DNA of 64,000 nucleotides, from assembly GCA_043228905.1 (NCBI GenBank), contig JBHGNT010000003.1, positions 19,778,001 to 19,842,000 on the forward strand, given 5' to 3'. The stretch is from Azolla caroliniana (taxonomy: Eukaryota > Plantae > Polypodiophyta). Positions 1-11,846 of this stretch are shown here, one piece after another. Position numbers and translations under genes: made by a program. The stretch's first letter is position 1. Every line of letters starts with the position of its first letter. The notes beneath the pieces are model-generated. The model ran no database searches, was not told where the DNA came from, and saw only the letters and a program-made list of their open reading frames with translations.

Positions 1-193
1 GGATCGTCGCTACGGCTTTCCGGTTCAGGAGCTTCCACTCCGACTCAAGTACCCCCTTCGGTATTTCCGACCTGTCAATCGGTTCGTACAGGTCCCGAAC
101 AATCAGAAGATCCTCCATCTTGATCTTCCAGTCGGCGTAATTCTGTGCATTCAGCACCATCATCATCGGCTGCCCGCTGCCGCCGCCTTCCAT
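1..193 (-). CDS. gag: Ty1/Copia gag N-terminus (runs off the window's left edge)
   Basis: Manual translation from the ATG at 193: MEGGGSGQPMMVLNAQNYADWKIKMEDLLIVRDLYEPIDRSEIPKGVLESEWKLLNRKAVATI, a typical Copia gag start (LNxxNYxxWKxKMEDLL). It lies just downstream of a PBS. Confidence 0.85.
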   Translation of the reverse strand, partial: MEGGGSGQPMMMVLNAQNYADWKIKMEDLLIVRDLYEPIDRSEIPKGVLESEWKLLNRKAVATI

Positions 194-207
194 TTTCTGC
201 AACAGTC

Positions 208-219
208 GCTCTGATACCA
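208..219 (-). promoter_or_regulatory. Primer-binding site (tRNA-iMet) of a Copia element
   Basis: gctctgatacca is the reverse complement of TGGTATCAGAGC, 3 nt from an LTR end (tgttgag at 223). Confidence 0.9.
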
Positions 220-222
220 GTT

Positions 223-680
223 TGTTGAGAATTGACGCTTCTATTCACCTTCTTATCTCGGCCACAACCGATTAATCGCGGATCAATGGAGCAGAAAATA
301 GGAAACACACGTAGAAACAAAACGAAGAAACGCGAGTACACAAGGATTAACGTGGAAAACCCTAAACGGGGAAAAACCACGGGAGTACAAGACTCCAAAC
401 AACACTATACAGAGAAGTATACAATGACGAGCTCCAAGGCGACGACCTTGAGCTCGCTGTCCTCGCCACAGGCGGCGGAAATACACAGAGGCGTCTACCT
501 CTTTCTCTCTCGCGCTCTCTCTCTTTCTCTCTCTCTCTCGGCTACTCTCTCTTCACTCCTCTAAAGTGGAAAAACAGAAAAATGAGAAGCAACAACAAAA
601 CTGTTTGCCCTAAGTCATATTTATACTTATATGACTTTGGGCTATTTACAACTGTAGCCTCAGGGGCCCATAGCGAACAT
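223..680 (-). mobile_element. 5' LTR of Copia element (right boundary uncertain)
   Basis: Starts TGTT next to the PBS, contains a (CT)n tract and a minus-strand TATAAAT near 619-625. The partner LTR is not in the window. Confidence 0.55.
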
Positions 681-842
681 ATTCACGGATATGTCCCTGC
701 ATCCGGATCGCTCTCCGGGTACACTCGTCATCCGGTACCGAAACCGGGGTCTTCGTCATCCGGATCCGAAACTGAAACCGGGCTTGTCGGCATTCATCTC
801 CGATATCCGACCATCCCATCCGAAAGGGACCGAAATCCCAAC

Positions 843-3653
843 ACTCTCTTCCTCGTCCCACACCCCTGTGGTCCGGCCCTTTTCGACACGCACTCGTGGA
901 ATACCGCGACATCTTTGGTGAACCCAACGTGAAGGGCGGCAAGGGAGAATGGAGTTGGAAGAAGACGACTTCACACAACTTTTTGTCGAAACGATGAGGG
1001 AGTTTGGACGAGCAACAACAAGAAGGGAGACAACGCAACAAGCTATTGAGCGAGTGGTCGAAAGACTCGGGCGTTTCAACGGGGACAAAGTCCCATTCTA
1101 TTTGGAAGCCTGCAACACGGAAATGGAGGATTGAGACATAGACGAGGCATTGAGGCTGGGGTTCTTATGTCGGGTCGTCGTTGTCCGCATGCACGCGGAA
1201 GTGAAGGAGCTTCAAGAAGCTCATAGTTTGTGGGAGGCCTTCGAAGAGGCGCTCCTGCAGGCATATGGAGGACGGCGGAAGAGCAAGGGACGACGCGACT
1301 TCGACCAGTGGGTGGCATTAGCGGAGACCCACCGGGGCGTAACGAAGGCGTTCCGAGAGTTCGAGCGATGGCTTGCTCGGCTCCCATAGCGGAAGCAAGG
1401 TTTGGTGGGGGCGGACAAAGTCCTGTTGTTCGTCAGGTCGATCGACTGAGTGGAACAGGAGGCCATCGGGATTGAGCTCGAAGATGAGGACGGAGAGAAT
1501 GGCCTTACGGAGGACTGGTCGAAGGTCGGAAGGGTAGGCCAACGGCTAGATGACGAGTGAGCCGAGAAGGCTAGGAGGAAGGCGCACGACGACGCGCCAT
1601 CATAGCGGGAAGAGGTCGAATGGCAAAGAGAGTCGGCAAGGCTCGGCTTCGGGGCCACGATTGCGAAGACGTACGCAGCTCTCGAGGCAATGCTCGAGGA
1701 AGAGGGAAGATCGAGGCCACAAGCCGACGCCGAGGAGACGAACTTGCCCCACGAGATGGCAGAAGATCGGTACGACGGTACCACGTGAGAGGGTGCGGAA
1801 CAAAACGCTCTCTCGGATTGCAGAGATAGAACGGTTGAGGACAAGGCCAAGATACCGATCGCAGAATCGGAACGTTGGGACCAGGGATTTCGGGCACGTC
1901 AGCCTGAAACTCCGGACATTGGAGAAGCAAGCCCAGTTGGGGCTTGCGTGATCGGTAAGAAGACGATCACCGACCACGAGGAGCCGGTGGCTACGGACAA
2001 GGGCGCAAATAGGATGGGCGATTTTACACGTCTTCCCACACTTGCTCCCAAGGCGATGGCAGTTGAGTCCCAAAAGGAGGAAGGCGGCGGCGTGGGACCG
2101 AGAATCGCTGGCGAGATGATGCGAGGAAGGAACGGAAAAAAGCCCTCGGAATCGATTCCGGAGAACTTGGCATTCGGGCCCTTATGCCCACGTGAGACCG
2201 AGGAGATGGATGACGGTATCGGGGAGTCCTAGCATGATGCCAGCGAAGACGAATGGGAAATGGCTCACGAGAGGGTCGATGAAGGAACCAAGAAACGACC
2301 CGACCGGGGACCAAACCGCACGGCAGTCCGACTCGGGTGGAGCGCGATTCGGTAGTGGATTATTCGATTGGGGCCAGAATCGGCATGAGGGTGCCGATAC
2401 AGAAGAGGGTGCGGAACGAGCCGCCCTCTTTTACATGGGGAGAAAGACTGACCGGGTGAAGGTCGGGAATCAGAAGGGAGATGATCAAGGGTACAGAGCG
2501 AGTCCGGCAGGATCGACATCGGAGCCGAAACTCTGGACATTATAGAATTGGATCTAATGTAAGACCAAGAGACTGACGGTGCCAGTGAGGGGACGAGGGC
2601 AGAGGCAGGGATAGGTCGGTCCTATGGGATCCTCACACCGATCCGGAGACACCGGCAGTTCAAATCGACGTGGCAACGTGAGCCCGAGTGTGAAGGATGG
2701 TGGCGGCAGGAAACAGGAACCAACGATGTGGGAAGTGCAGATGGGTGATCCTACGACGATCCTCACACCGATCCGGAGACACCGATAGTTCAAGCTGACA
2801 TGGCAACGTGAGACCAAGCGAGAAGGATGGCGGTGGCAGGTGAACGGGATCAAGCAAAAGGAAAGGCAACTGGCCACTAACCGACATCGGGCCGGAAGAC
2901 AACGCGAAAGGCGGGAGAAGAGAAAGAAAGACCGGTCCTATGGGATCCTCACACCAATCCGGAGACACCGGTAGTTCAAGCTAATGTGGCAACGTGAGAC
3001 CGAGTGAGAAGGATGGTGGCGGCAGGAAACAAGAACCAGTGATGCAGGCAGAGCGTACCGGGAGCTGGCAATGCCGGAGTTGATGGGGGCCGAACCCTTA
3101 CCGACCGGTTACGATTTTTGAAGGAAGTCGGTGAGGGGTAAGCGGAGCAGAACAAGAGACGTGCAAGTGGTCATGGAGGGCCGTAGCAAGCACGAGTATA
3201 GGACGGCGTTCGACACAGGCGGTGCCGAACAAGGAAGACGGGAGACACCACACGACGCCAAGAACAATAACGACACACGGGAAGAGCCGGCGGAAGGTGA
3301 GCGCAGAGCGGAGAAAGTCAGGACGCGAAGACGATTGAACCGACGGAGGGACACACGCGGTACGCAGTATGCAGGATCCAGCGTGTGATTGGAGTGACCG
3401 GGGACCCGATCAGAGGACATACGCGGTCGAAAGAAGGGCCAACGGGGAAGCACACACACTATGGGATCACGAGGAATGACCTATCGACGGGTTAGATGAG
3501 CTTATGGAGAGGCAAGTGCAGAGAAGGAACCGGAGCCGATGGTTCGGATCGGCAAGGCCAACATGGCAGCCGGAATGCGTATTATGGAAGACTGGTTCCT
3601 CATAGGCCGGAATCTTTCACCCTTCTCCGAACTTGGCACGTACCGGTGGACGT
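843..3653 (+). mobile_element. Gag-only LTR element A, copy 1 (5' LTR remnant 843-911, PBS-Trp 916-933, degenerate gag from 949), interrupted by element B
   Basis: LTR end ...ataccgcgaca matches the end of the LTR at 17557-18292. The PBS is tggtgaacccaacgtgaa. The gag is homologous to the 479-aa ORF of element B. Confidence 0.85.
949..2232 (+). pseudogene. gag: Degenerate gag-like gene of element A (second copy 9142-10425)
   Basis: MELEEDD...LGRFNGDKVPFYLEA...WEAFEEALL, collinear with the intact ORF at 7098-8537. It has several in-frame TGA/TAG stops. Confidence 0.8.
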
Positions 3654-5979
3654 TGTCGCGTTATTACGCGCGTGCGTGGAGAAAGGCGGGACCACGGGGG
3701 TCTTGGACTAGGGAGTGACGGAGTGTAGGAAGTCGTGCTTCACCGTTTCTGGGGATCCCAGAAGAACACCGGAAGCGACCAAAGGGAGAGAGAGAAAGAG
3801 AGGGAGCGCGCGCTTAACACCGACTCACGCACACACACGCACACACACACACACACACATGCCGACCCGACTCACGCCCTTATGTACAGGAAACGCAGGA
3901 AAGGGGAAGCACCCGACATCAACAGAGACGCGAATATACACAGACAGACGCAAATGTATATATATAAAACGGAAGAATACATTCCCGGCTTCGAGCCGGA
4001 CCAAGGTAGGTTACAATAGTTGTCAGTTGCCAAGCCGCTGGTCGGGGAGCTCACGGGCTCGTCGCGCCGAGCGGGGTCTTGCGCAGGAGAGGAGCTGAAG
4101 CAAACCCTAAGCGAACACGAAGGGGGAGAAGAAGAAGAAGAAGAAGAAGAAGAAATGTAACTAACCCTAAATCTAACGGTATACCCTCTAACGCAAAATG
4201 GGGAACCCATTCACAAAGGGCGCTCCCGTCCTTTTATAGAACAAGGAGAGGGATGCGTTACAATGTGGGATAAATCCCGACTTACATGGGATCGTCTGTC
4301 CCGACTTGACTACTCTTCGGCGCCATAAAGGCGCCCTCATTATTCACACTAAATGTACATGGGTGCGTACACACGCTGCACCCCACCGATGTAGCCAATG
4401 TTTCCCGGTTTCCGCCTCTGGCCGAAATTCTTCACGACATCCGCCCCGACCTAACCGCACGTCCACCGGTACGTGCCAAATCCGGTGAAGGGTGAGATAT
4501 TTTGGCCGGTGAGAAACCGGTCTTCCGTGATCCGCATCCCGACTCGTTGCCGGTTTGATCCGTTGGCTTCGATTCTTCCTTCGCGCTTACCTCCCCGTAG
4601 GCTCGTTCGACTCGTCGATGGGTCCTCTGCCGCGATCTCCGTAGTACGCGTACTTCCGTTGGCCCTTGTTTGGCCGTATGAACACCCCGCTCCCCGCCGT
4701 ATGCCCGATGTCCTCCGCTTGGGGAACGCCCGTAGCGGCCGGCTTGGCCTCCGTTGATCATTCGCATCGTCCTGATTGCCGTCCCATGTTGTTTCGTGTT
4801 GCCCTCGTCCTCTCGCCGCCACCTTCCTTCTCCATGGTCTTACATCGCCACGTCGGCTCGAACCGCCATGGTCTTCGGAATAGTGTGGAGGATGCTTTCT
4901 GGCCTTCCACGTGCTACCTCTGAACCGCGCAACCTATCTCTGCGCTCGCCTTTCCGCTCCAGCACCTCTGTGCGCCACATACCCTCGTTCGTTGTTTGGC
5001 ACCGCCTGTGCCGTACTCCGGTTCATTGCACGCCTTGTCGGGCCCTTTCCCGGCCGGATCGCGCATCGCCGCTCACCCGCATACCGGTGTCCTCCGCATC
5101 CGAGGAACACCCCGTAGTAGCCCGCTTGGCCCTTCCCGTCTTCGTGCTGCTGCAACAGGTCCTGAGTTTTTCGCTTGCCGTTGTCCCCTCGCCCCCATCG
5201 GCTTGTCATCTCGGATGGCCGTGTCAGTCTTCGCTACTTCGACGGAGCTACCGAGATCTACGAAGCGAGTGTGGAGGATCCTCCTCCGGCCTCTCTTGCC
5301 ATCCCCTGACTCCGACCTTGTGCAGTACACTAGGCACTTGTCACCTCGTTCCCGGCACCTCCCTTGTGCCGTCTTTCGCTTCCTTCGTTCGGCACCGCCC
5401 GTGCCGAACACTGTCCCGTAGTCACGCTTTGATCCGGTCTGCGATGGCCACTTGCGAGACTCTTATTCTGTCCCAGGTGTGCCTTTCCGGCCCGTCACAC
5501 CTCCTTGTGTTTGCCCCTACCGGCTCCTTCCGAAACCGTAACCGGCCGGTGAGGGTTTCGCACTTCGTCCGCCCCGTCTTACCGACTCTCGATCCGCTAC
5601 CTCTTGTCATTGGGTCCCGTTCCCTGCCGCCACCGTCCTTCTCCCTAGGTCTCACGTTGCCACGTTGGCCAAACTGCCGGAGTCTCCGGATCGGTGTGAG
5701 GGTCCCATAGGACCTATCTTTGTTTTGTTGCTTGCCGAGATCTGGGTGTCTTTCGTCGGAGTCCTTCACGACTCTCCTCGTGTCTTCTGCGTAGTCGGGT
5801 CCCGTTTCCCGCCGCCACCAACCTTCTCTCTCGGTCTCATGTTGCCACGTTGGCCGAACTGCCGGAGTCTCTTGTTAAGTATGGGGATCCCGTAGGACCG
5901 GACTTCCTTTCGCCTACTGACCTTGCCGGAAGGTCCGATTCGGTTCGTAGCCGCCTCGCCGGCCTGATACCTCCTTGCC

Positions 5980-6675
5980 GTTCGTCGCTTCCTGCCGTTA
6001 GATCACGTTCTCCTGCCACCACCGATCTTCCCTATAGGACTCACGCCGGCTCTCGGGCCGACCGCCGGATCTGTGTGAGGATCTCCGTAGACCGACCATC
6101 CGTAGCCCTTTTGCCTTCGTCACCTCGCCGCCACCGTTAGTATCTTGGTCTTACGTCAACCGCGTTGCCGATTGCCGAACTCTTTAGAACCGGTGTGAAG
6201 GATCCTCCGTGGGCGTTCGTCACTGCCTACCGTCCGATCACGTTCTCCTGCCGCCACTGATCTTCCCTATAGGACTCACGCCGGCTCTCGGGCCGACCGC
6301 CGGATCGGTGTGAGGATCTCCGTAGACCGCCCATCCGTAGCCCTTTTGCCTTCGTCACCTCGCCGCCACCGTCAGTATCTTGGTCTTACGTCGACCGCGT
6401 TGCCGACTGCCGAAGTCTCTAGAACTGGTGTGAAGGATCCTCCTTGGGCATTCGTCGCTTCCTGCCGTCCGATCACGTTCTCCTGCCGCCACCGATCTTC
6501 CCTATAGGACTCACGCCGTCTCTCGGGCCGACCGCCGGATCGGTGTGAGGATCTCCGTAGATCGCCCATCCGTAGCCCTTTTGCCTTCGTCACCTCGCCG
6601 CCACCGTCAGTATCTTGGTCTTACGTCGACCGCGTTGCCGACTGCCGAAGTCTCTAGAACCGGTGTGAAGGCTCC
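5980..6675. repeat. Three tandem ~235-bp repeats inside element B (second copy ~14173-14868)
   Basis: gatcacgttctcctgcc recurs at 6001, 6236 and 6471. Confidence 0.9.
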
Positions 6676-7097
6676 TCCTCCGGCGCTCGTTTTGTCTTCC
6701 TGACCCTGTCCCGGGTTGTCCCTTTCCGCATGCCAAGAGGGTGGTTTACTCCGCACCCTCTCCCGTGGTACCGACGTACCGTCTCCTCGGCCTCTTCGTA
6801 GGCCGGCTCTCTTCCTCCCTTCCGGAATGGTCATCCGGGAGTCCGCTCCGCCCGGTTCTCGTCCGGGTCACTGCCCCTTTTAGTGGTGTCGGTGGATAGC
6901 ATCCGCTTTGTGATCAATCAAGCCCCGCCTAAGCTTGATTCTCCAATGTCCGGAGTTTCAGCTCCGATGCCGACCTTGCCAGACTCGTTCCGAACCTTTA
7001 ATCACCTTCATTCGAATTCTCGACCTTTGCCCGGTCGGTCTTTCTCCCCATGTAAAAGAGGGCGGCTCGTCCCGCACCCTCTCCTGTTTCGGCACCT

Positions 7098-8537
7098 TTA
7101 TGCCGATTCTGGCCACGATCGAACAATCCACGATCGGATTACGCTCCATCCGAATCGGAATGCTGATCTTCTCGTACTGCTTCCGTCCTCGGCCTCCTCG
7201 CAAGCCGTTCCCCATCCATCTTCGCTGGCATCGTGCCAGGACTCCTCGGTGCCGTCATCCATCTCCTCGGTCTTACATGGGCATACAGGCCCGAACGCCG
7301 AGTTCTCCGAAATCGGGTCCATGGGCTCTCGTCCTCTCCTTCCCCGTATCGTCTCGCCGGTGATTCTTGGTCCTTCGCCGCCACCTTCCTCCGGTTGGGA
7401 CTCACATGTGCTCTCGGGCCCGACTGCCATCGTCTCGGGAGCAAGTGTGGGAAGACACAAAGAATCGCCCGTCCGTTTTACGCCCTTGTCCGTAGCCACC
7501 GACTCTTCGTGGTCGACGGTCGTCTTCTTACCGATCGCGCAAGCCCCGCCTGGGCTTGCTTCTCCGTTATCCAGGGTTTCGGGGTGACACGCCCGAAACC
7601 GCCGGTCCCAACTATCTGGTTCCGCGATCTGTATCTCGGCCTCGTCCTTGGCCGTTCTATCTCCGCAATTCGAGAGGGAGTTTTGTTCCGCACCCTCTCC
7701 CGTGGTACCAACGTACCGGTCTTCCGCCGTAGCGTGGGGCAAGTCCGTCTCCTCGGTCTCAGCTTGGGGCCTCGATCTTTCCTCTTCCTCGAGCATCGCC
7801 TTGAGAGCTGCGTACGCCTCCGCAATCCTGGCCCCAACGCCGACACTTGCTAGCTCCCTTTGCCGTTCGGCCGCTTCCCGCTGTGATGGCACGCCGTTGC
7901 GCGCCTTCCTCTTAGCCTTCTCGGCTCCCTCATCGTCTAGCCATTGGCACACCCTTCCGACCTTCGACCAGTCCTCCGTAAGCCCATTCGCTCCGTCATC
8001 GTCTTCGAGCTCAATCCCGATGGCTTCCCGTTCCGCTCGGTCGATCGACCTGACGAACAATAGGACTTTGTCCGCCCCCACCAAACCTTGTTCCCGCTCC
8101 GGGAGCCGAGCAAGCCGTCGCTCGAACTCTCGGAACGCCTTGGCTGCGCCCCGGTGGGTCTTTGCCGATGCTACCCATTGGTCGAAGTCGTGTCGTCCTC
8201 GGCTCTTCCGCCATCCTCCGTATGCCTTCAAGAGCGCCTCTTCGAAGGCCTCCCACGAACTATGAGCCTCACGGAGCTCCTTTACTTCCGCATGCATCCC
8301 GATAGCTACAACCCGACAGAAGAACTTCAGCCTCAACGCCTCATCTACGCCGCGCTCCTCCATTTCCGCGTTGTAGGCTTCCAAGTAAGATGGGACTTTG
8401 TCCCCGCTGAAACGACCGACTCTTTCAACCACTCGCTCAACCGCTTGTTGCGCTGCTTCTATCCTCATCATCACTCGTGCCGACTCCAACACCACTTCCG
8501 CCACCATCACCGCGAGGTCGTCGTCTTCCGACTCCAT
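7098..8537 (-). CDS. gag: Gag-like protein, 479 aa (capsid-like N-terminus, acidic low-complexity C-terminus)
   Basis: The ATG is 16 nt after the PBS. The pattern GRFSGDKVPSYLEAYNAEM...SSWEAFEEALLKAY resembles Ty3/Gypsy capsid sequence. Confidence 0.75.
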   Translation of the reverse strand: MESEDDDLAVMVAEVVLESARVMMRIEAAQQAVERVVERVGRFSGDKVPSYLEAYNAEMEERGVDEALRLKFFCRVVAIGMHAEVKELREAHSSWEAFEEALLKAYGGWRKSRGRHDFDQWVASAKTHRGAAKAFREFERRLARLPEREQGLVGADKVLLFVRSIDRAEREAIGIELEDDDGANGLTEDWSKVGRVCQWLDDEGAEKAKRKARNGVPSQREAAERQRELASVGVGARIAEAYAALKAMLEEEERSRPQAETEETDLPHATAEDRYVGTTGEGAEQNSLSNCGDRTAKDEAEIQIAEPDSWDRRFRACHPETLDNGEASPGGACAIGKKTTVDHEESVATDKGVKRTGDSLCLPTLAPETMAVGPESTCESQPEEGGGEGPRITGETIRGRRGREPMDPISENSAFGPVCPCKTEEMDDGTEESWHDASEDGWGTACEEAEDGSSTRRSAFRFGWSVIRSWIVRSWPESA

Positions 8538-8552
8538 CCTCCCTTGCCGCCT

Positions 8553-8570
8553 TTCACGTCGGGTTCACCA
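8553..8570 (-). promoter_or_regulatory. PBS complementary to tRNA-Trp (second copy 16746-16763)
   Basis: ttcacgtcgggttcacca matches the last 18 nt of plant cytosolic tRNA-Trp(CCA) as recalled. It is 4 nt from the LTR. Confidence 0.85.
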
Positions 8571-11500
8571 AAGATGTCGTGTTATTATGCGCGTGCGTGG
8601 AGAAAGGCGGGATCACGGGGGTCTTGGACGAGGGAGTGACGGAGCGTAGGAAGTCGTGCTTCACCGTTTCCGGGGATCCCAGAAGAACACCGGAAGCGAC
8701 CAAAGGGAGAGAGAGAAAGAGAGGAAGCGACCGACTCACGCACACACACACACATGCCGACCCGACTCACGCCCTTATGTACAGGAAACGCAGGAAAGGG
8801 GAAGCACCCGACATCAACAGAGACGCGAATATACACAGACAGACGCAAATGTATATATATAAAACGGAAGAATACATTCCCGGCTTCGAGCCGGACCAAG
8901 GTAGGTTACAATAGTCGTCAGCTGCCAAGCCGCCGGTCGGGGTCTTCGTCATCCGGATCCGAAACTGAAACCGGGCTTGTCGGCATTCATCTCCGATATC
9001 CGACCATCCCATCCGAAAGGGACCGAAATCCCAACACTCTCTTCCTCGTCCCACACCCCTGTGGTCCGGCCCTTTTCGACACGCACTCGTGGAATACCGC
9101 GACATCTTTGGTGAACCCAACGTGAAGGGCGGCAAGGGAGAATGGAGTTGGAAGAAGACGACTTCACACAACTTTTTGTCGAAACGATGAGGGAGTTTGG
9201 ACGAGCAACAACAAGAAGGGAGACAACGCAACAAGCTATTGAGCGAGTGGTCGAAAGACTCGGGCGTTTCAACGGGGACAAAGTCCCATTCTATTTGGAA
9301 GCCTGCAACACGGAAATGGAGGATTGAGACATAGACGAGGCATTGAGGCTGGGGTTCTTATGTCGGGTCGTCGTTGTCCGCATGCACGCGGAAGTGAAGG
9401 AGCTTCAAGAAGCTCATAGTTTGTGGGAGGCCTTCGAAGAGGCGCTCCTGCAGGCATATGGAGGACGGCGGAAGAGCAAGGGACGACGCGACTTCGACCA
9501 GTGGGTGGCATTAGCGGAGACCCACCGGGGCGTAACGAAGGCGTTCCGAGAGTTCGAGCGATGGCTTGCTCGGCTCCCATAGCGGAAGCAAGGTTTGGTG
9601 GGGGCGGACAAAGTCCTGTTGTTCGTCAGGTCGATCGACTGAGTGGAACGGGAGGCCATCGGGATTGAGCTCGAAGATGAGGACGGAGAGAATGGCCTTA
9701 CGGAGGACTGGTCGAAGGTCGGAAGGGTAGGCCAACGGCTAGATGACGAGTGAGCCGAGAAGGCTAGGAGGAAGGCGCACGACGACGCGCCATCATAGCG
9801 GGAAGAGGTCGAATGGCAAAGAGAGTCGGCAAGGCTCGGCTTCGGGGCCACGATTGCGAAGACGTACGCAGCTCTCGAGGCAATGCTCGAGGAAGAGGGA
9901 AGATCGAGGCCACAAGCCGACGCCGAGGAGACGAACTTGCCCCACGAGATGGCAGAAGATCGGTACGACGGTACCACGTGAGAGGGTGCGGAACAAAACG
10001 CTCTCTCGGATTGCAGAGATAGAACGGTTGAGGACAAGGCCAAGATACCGATCGCAGAATCGGAACGTTGGGACCAGGGATTTCGGGCACGTCAGCCTGA
10101 AACTCCGGACATTGGAGAAGCAAGCCCAGTTGGGGCTTGCGTGATCGGTAAGAAGACGATCACCGACCACGAGGAGCCGGTGGCTACGGACAAGGGCGCA
10201 AATAGGATGGGCGATTTTACACGTCTTCCCACACTTGCTCCCAAGGCGATGGCAGTTGAGTCCCAAAAGGAGGAAGGCGGCAGCGTGGGACCGAGAATCG
10301 CTGGCGAGATGATGCGAGGAAGGAACGGAAAAAAGCCCTCGGAATCGATTCCGGAGAACTTGGCATTCGGGCCCTTATGCCCACGTGAGACCGAGGAGAT
10401 GGATGACGGTATCGGGGAGTCCTAGCATGATGCCAGCGAAGACGAATGGGAAATGGCTCACGAGAGGGTCGATGAAGGAACCAAGAAACGACCCGACCGG
10501 GGACCAAACCGCACGGCAGTCCGACTCGGGTGGAGCGCGATTCGGTAGTGGATTATTCGATTGGGGCCAGAATCGGCATGAGGGTGCCGATACAGAAGAG
10601 GGTGCGGAACGAGCCGCCCTCTTTTACATGGGGAGAAAGACTGACCGGGTGAAGGTCGGGAATCAGAAGGGAGATGATCAAGGGTACAGAGCGAGTCCGG
10701 CAGGATCGACATCGGAGCCGAAACTCTGGACATTATAGAATTGGATCTAATGTAAGACCAAGAGACTGACGGTGCCAGTGAGGGGACGAGGGCAGAGGCA
10801 GGGATAGGTCGGTCCTATGGGATCCTCACACCGATCCGGAGACACCGGCAGTTCAAATCGACGTGGCAACGTGAGCCCGAGTGTGAAGGATGGTGGCGGC
10901 AGGAAACAGGAACCAACGATGTGGGAAGTGCAGATGGGTGATCCTACGACGATCCTCACACCGATCCGGAGACACCGATAGTTCAAGCTGACATGGCAAC
11001 GTGAGACCAAGCGAGAAGGATGGCGGTGGCAGGTGAACGGGATCAAGCAAAAGGAAAGGCAACTGGCCACTAACCGACATCGGGCCGGAAGACAACGCGA
11101 AAGGCGGGAGAAGAGAAAGAAAGACCGGTCCTATGGGATCCTCACACCAATCCGGAGACACCGGTAGTTCAAGCTAATGTGGCAACGTGAGACCGAGTGA
11201 GAAGGATGGTGGCGGCAGGAAACAAGAACCAGTGATGCAGGCAGAGCGTACCGGGAGCTGGCAATGCCGGAGTTGATGGGGGCCGAACCCTTACCGACCG
11301 GTTACGATTTTTGAAGGAAGTCGGTGAGGGGTAAGCGGAGCAGAACAAGAGACGTGCAAGTGGTCATGGAGGGCCGTAGCAAGCACGAGTATAGGACGGC
11401 GTTCGACACAGGCGGTGCCGAACAAGGAAGACGGGAGACACCACACGACGCCAAGAACAATAACGACACACGGGAAGAGCCGGCGGAAGGTGAGCGCAGA

Positions 11501-11846
11501 GCGGAGAAAGTCAGGACGCGAAGACGATTGAACCGACGGAGGGACACACGCGGTACGCAGTATGCAGGATCCAGCGTGTGATTGGAGTGACCGGGGACCC
11601 GATCAGAGGACATACGCGGTCGAAAGAAGGGCCAACGGGGAAGCACACACACTATGGGATCACGAGGAATGACCTATCGACGGGTTAGATGAGCTTATGG
11701 AGAGGCAAGTGCAGAGAAGGAACCGGAGCCGATGGTTCGGATCGGCAAGGCCAACATGGCAGCCGGAATGCGTATTATGGAAGACTGGTTCCTCATAGGC
11801 CGGAATCTTTCACCCTTCTCCGAACTTGGCACGTACCGGTGGACGT

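Larger units (their letters stand above)
3654..8942 (-). mobile_element. Gag-only LTR element B, copy 1 (3' LTR 3654-4439; 5' LTR from 8575, truncated at the duplication junction)
   Basis: TG...CA LTR, purine-rich PPT-like tract at 4440-4452, PBS-Trp at 8553-8570, intact gag-like ORF, no pol motifs seen. Confidence 0.9.

Noticed and set aside
4754-5710. 318-aa plus-strand ORF (and its copy at 12947-13903)
   Set aside because: Antisense to element B in GC-rich DNA, non-ATG start, Arg/Ser/Pro-rich with no recognisable domain.
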